Shown: piece after piece, positions 29,384-32,000 of the stretch | Position numbering within the stretch: the first letter of the stretch is position 1 | Layout: every line of letters starts with the position of its first letter | Assembly (NCBI RefSeq): GCF_000306885.1 | Contig: NC_018267.1 | Location: 300,001-332,000 of the forward strand | Direction: 5' to 3' | Length of the DNA stretch: 32,000 nucleotides | Source of the DNA: Wolbachia endosymbiont of Onchocerca ochengi | Lineage (GTDB): Bacteria > Pseudomonadota > Alphaproteobacteria > Rickettsiales > Anaplasmataceae | Made by a program: the position numbers and the translations under genes | The notes under the pieces: generated by a model | The model's database searches: none | Seen by the model: the letters and a program-made list of their open reading frames with translations, nothing else | Told to the model about the DNA's origin: nothing

Positions 29384-30064
29384 CTAATATGCGTTTACCT
29401 CATATTTATAACCATCAACAATAAATTTAAATGGAATTATACCATCTAGAGTTGCTTTTATGTTGGACAAAATAAAGCTGATATCAACGACTTGATTTCT
29501 CGCCTTTTTATTTTGCTCAATTATAAAAACCACAGTAGCATTTCCTGAGAATACTACTACATCTTCAACTGATCGGTTAACAGATAATTTTATCACATTT
29601 ATATTAGTAATTTTTCTTTTAGACAAAGACAAATCACTAGCTTCATTATCCACTTTTTCTTGAAAACTTTGATAGATTCTATGTGTAGAATTGTTTTTTA
29701 TAAAATTTTTTTGGTATTCTGGTTCAACATCTTTATTAGATTCATATACCTTAATATACTTACTTATTAAGTACTTAGCCGTAGAAATATATTCGTCTTT
29801 CCTCTTATTAGAATTCAGCTTATGCATTACAGAAAACTCACCTTCTGTGTGAGTTGCATATCTAACAAAGTTTAAATCTTTTTTAACAGGAAACAACAAG
29901 TATATATTCAGTAGTAATAAACATAAGCATACCAAAAGAAATAATACCATAACCGCCATCCAAGACCTTTCTACTACACAAAACAGATATCTATGACAAT
30001 ACCATTCAACTGCTTTATTAAAATAACTCTTGTTTTTTACTGATTTAAATAGTCTGTCTTCCAT
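29384..30064 (-). CDS. VirB8-family type IV secretion protein
   Basis: 226-aa ORF with short cytoplasmic N-terminus (WYCHRYLFCVVERSWMAVMVLFLLVCLCLLLLNIYLLFPVKKDLNFV), one TM helix and a VirB8-like periplasmic domain (DEYISTAKYLISKYIKVYES...). Position away from other vir genes suggests a solitary copy. Confidence 0.65.
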   Translation of the reverse strand: MEDRLFKSVKNKSYFNKAVEWYCHRYLFCVVERSWMAVMVLFLLVCLCLLLLNIYLLFPVKKDLNFVRYATHTEGEFSVMHKLNSNKRKDEYISTAKYLISKYIKVYESNKDVEPEYQKNFIKNNSTHRIYQSFQEKVDNEASDLSLSKRKITNINVIKLSVNRSVEDVVVFSGNATVVFIIEQNKKARNQVVDISFILSNIKATLDGIIPFKFIVDGYKYEVNAY

Positions 30065-30399
30065 AATAAAGAATTAAGTTTAATTACTACAATAATAAAA
30101 TTCAAAAAATTTGAATCATATCTAATTTTTTTAAAAAATAAATGATTATATTACCTCGTTCTGCGATAAGATAAAATTTATCAATTCTGCTAATATCTAT
30201 ATTTATCATTTTTGCATCAAAACTTCCAAGATCAGAGATATTATCATCTACACTCTTTTGTGGCAATTATAATAACGTAACTTATCTTGATCATCAAAAT
30301 AACAAACTCATTAACAAGGATTCCAGCTTTTATTACTATCTATCTTTGATTGACTCAAATAAAACCAATAATACAATCTTGTAACCTAAGTTTGATAAG

Positions 30400-30900
30400 C
30401 CCCCATGTAGCAAAAACTTAAGTACATAACCAAAATATTCCTTAAATTTAAATTACAATCTTTTTTACATTACTAAAATCTACGAATTTATATTCATCTA
30501 AAAAATTGAAACATTGTGGACCATACTTTTTATATTCAAAAAACTCATAACTTATGATATTACAAAACATCAATTACTATCATTTAACTTAATAATCTTT
30601 AAATAATGGAAACCATCAGGAATTTTTATTTTTTCTTTATAATATGATTACGTATAACAAACCTATCACCGAGTATATAACAACGAACACCCTTCGGGCA
30701 AGATAAATACACTGATTGCAGTATTAGCTCAAAGCTAACCTCGTAAATATACCATTTAACAACTACTTCCCCTTTTTCATTTAATGTTACTCCTTAACCT
30801 GCAACTATATTTTTAACCAAGTTTGATTCTTTTTACATATACCCCAACATAACACCCGCTAAAAATTCTACTGATTACCATATACTTAATCTATTCCCAA
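30400..30900 (-). pseudogene. unidentified degraded coding sequence
   Basis: Reverse-strand open fragments without a full ORF: YEFFEYKKYGPQCFNFLDEYKFVDFSNVKKIVI, and GVTLNEKGEVVVKWYIYEVSFELILQSVYLSCPKGVRCYILGDRFVIRNHIIKKK. Confidence 0.35.
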
Positions 30901-30975
30901 TTAAATTGGGCACCTCAAACACCAAATTAACAGGATTTAACCACAAATTCAAATTAAAAGTACTATACTATATTT

Positions 30976-31806
30976 TCATAAAATTGATGTTATGATATTA
31001 ATTGCATTAGCTAAAACATGCTTTCTATCTAAGTGTAGTTGCTTAGCAGCAACAAAAAGCTCATCTATTTTTTTCCATTGACTTAGCAGAACTCCAACAT
31101 CACTCACACCTTTCTTTATACTTTCTAAAATGAAGGTTTGAATCATATATGATACTAATTCCAGCTCAATTTTGCTATTAATTACTTTATGAATCAATTC
31201 AGGATTATTTAAATTAGGAAGAAATTTATAAAAGGACCTATACGATTCATAATTATCGCTACTTATTGCACTTATTATCATTCCCGGTATCCCAGGAAAT
31301 AAAGTAATAATTTCATTAAACGTTTGATCATCAAATTTACATTGAGATGAAACAATTTGCTTTGTTTCATCGTAGGTCAGTGGCAGTAAATTTAGCTGAA
31401 AGCACCTATACTTAATAGTAGTTTGTATATTGTATGGCTTATGGCTCACTATAAATACCTTAGAGTTTTCTGGCGGTTCTTCTAGAATTTTTAATATTGC
31501 ATTTCTAGCATTCTTTGTCATCACCTCTAAACCATCTATTACAGCAACCTTGTATTTCGATTGAATAGGGCTTAAGTGCAGAAAATTTTTCATTTCTCTC
31601 ACCATTTCTACCCCTATTATATCACCCTCAACAATGTGCAAATCTAACGCTACCTCATTGCAATCTCCCACAAGAAACCAATTAGAAAAAGATTTTGCTA
31701 GTGTTGCTTTTCCTATACCTTTTTTACCGCAGATTAACCAAGATTGAACAGATAAGTTACTCATTAACTTCTTCTTAGCTTGATCGTGCCCTATTACCTT
31801 TTTCAT
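30976..31806 (-). CDS. holB: DNA polymerase III delta' subunit (HolB)
   Basis: 276-aa ORF with WLICGKKGIGKATLAKSF, YKVAVIDGLEVMTKNARNAILKILEEPPENSKVFIVSHKPYNIQTTIKYRC. Confidence 0.9.
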   Translation of the reverse strand: MKKVIGHDQAKKKLMSNLSVQSWLICGKKGIGKATLAKSFSNWFLVGDCNEVALDLHIVEGDIIGVEMVREMKNFLHLSPIQSKYKVAVIDGLEVMTKNARNAILKILEEPPENSKVFIVSHKPYNIQTTIKYRCFQLNLLPLTYDETKQIVSSQCKFDDQTFNEIITLFPGIPGMIISAISSDNYESYRSFYKFLPNLNNPELIHKVINSKIELELVSYMIQTFILESIKKGVSDVGVLLSQWKKIDELFVAAKQLHLDRKHVLANAINIITSIL

Positions 31807-31830
31807 TCTTCTTTCAATATATTTCTACTC

Positions 31831-32000
31831 AAAAGTATATCTCACTTATCATTTGAAGCGAAATCATACCCTCCCTTATAACCTCAATCTTATCTTGAGT
31901 TAAGTCAATAATAGTAGACTCTATACCAGAAACTAATTTATCATCTTCAGCTACTGCTGATAAATGTTGTTTAATAGATTTAGGTATACCGCTAGCTTTA
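31831..32000 (-). CDS. threonylcarbamoyladenylate synthase (Sua5/YwlC/TsaC family), C-terminal part only
   Basis: Reverse-strand reading KASGIPKSIKQHLSAVAEDDKLVSGIESTIIDLTQDKIEVIREGMISLQMISEIYF*. The GIESTIIDL...IREG.IS motif is typical of Sua5/YrdC. Runs off right edge. Confidence 0.8.

Noticed and set aside
30158-30390. Plus-strand reading NLSILLISIFIIFASKLPRSEILSSTLFCGNYNNVTYLDHQNNKLINKDSSFYYYLSLIDSNKTN as a possible small secreted protein
   Set aside because: The plausible ATG is separated from this frame by an in-frame stop, and there is no other start or homology. Could be chance in AT-rich DNA or a relic.

Overview
AT-rich alphaproteobacterial (Rickettsiales) window. The gene content, protein sequences and heavy erosion between genes fit a reduced Wolbachia-like endosymbiont best; this assignment is inference, not a database match. 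Intact genes fall in short conserved blocks: elbB; ffh with a 16-nt overlapping MrpD/NuoN-like antiporter subunit; rseP-bamA-skp-fabZ plus a large GltD/PyrK-like flavoprotein; sdhE; rpsA; tRNA-Ala(UGC); tRNA-Lys(UUU); truA and dnaN (convergent); yggT-ftsK; mraY-rnhB; a VirB8-family protein; holB; and a partial Sua5/TsaC C-terminus. An APC permease N-terminus runs off the left edge. The stretches with no annotated gene are mostly decayed coding sequence. I could reconstruct two eroded core genes by reading across frames. One is ispH (lytB, last step of the MEP isoprenoid pathway) at about 583-1316 (-). The other is recA at about 21909-22962 (-), with a lost Walker B segment, frameshifts and stops. 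Further degraded coding tracts lie at about 3506-4233, 19070-19860 (including an ankyrin-like motif) and 30400-30900. I found no CRISPR array, transposase, prophage module or convincing new multi-gene system. The notable signal is loss of ispH and recA beside intact dependent pathways such as mraY.
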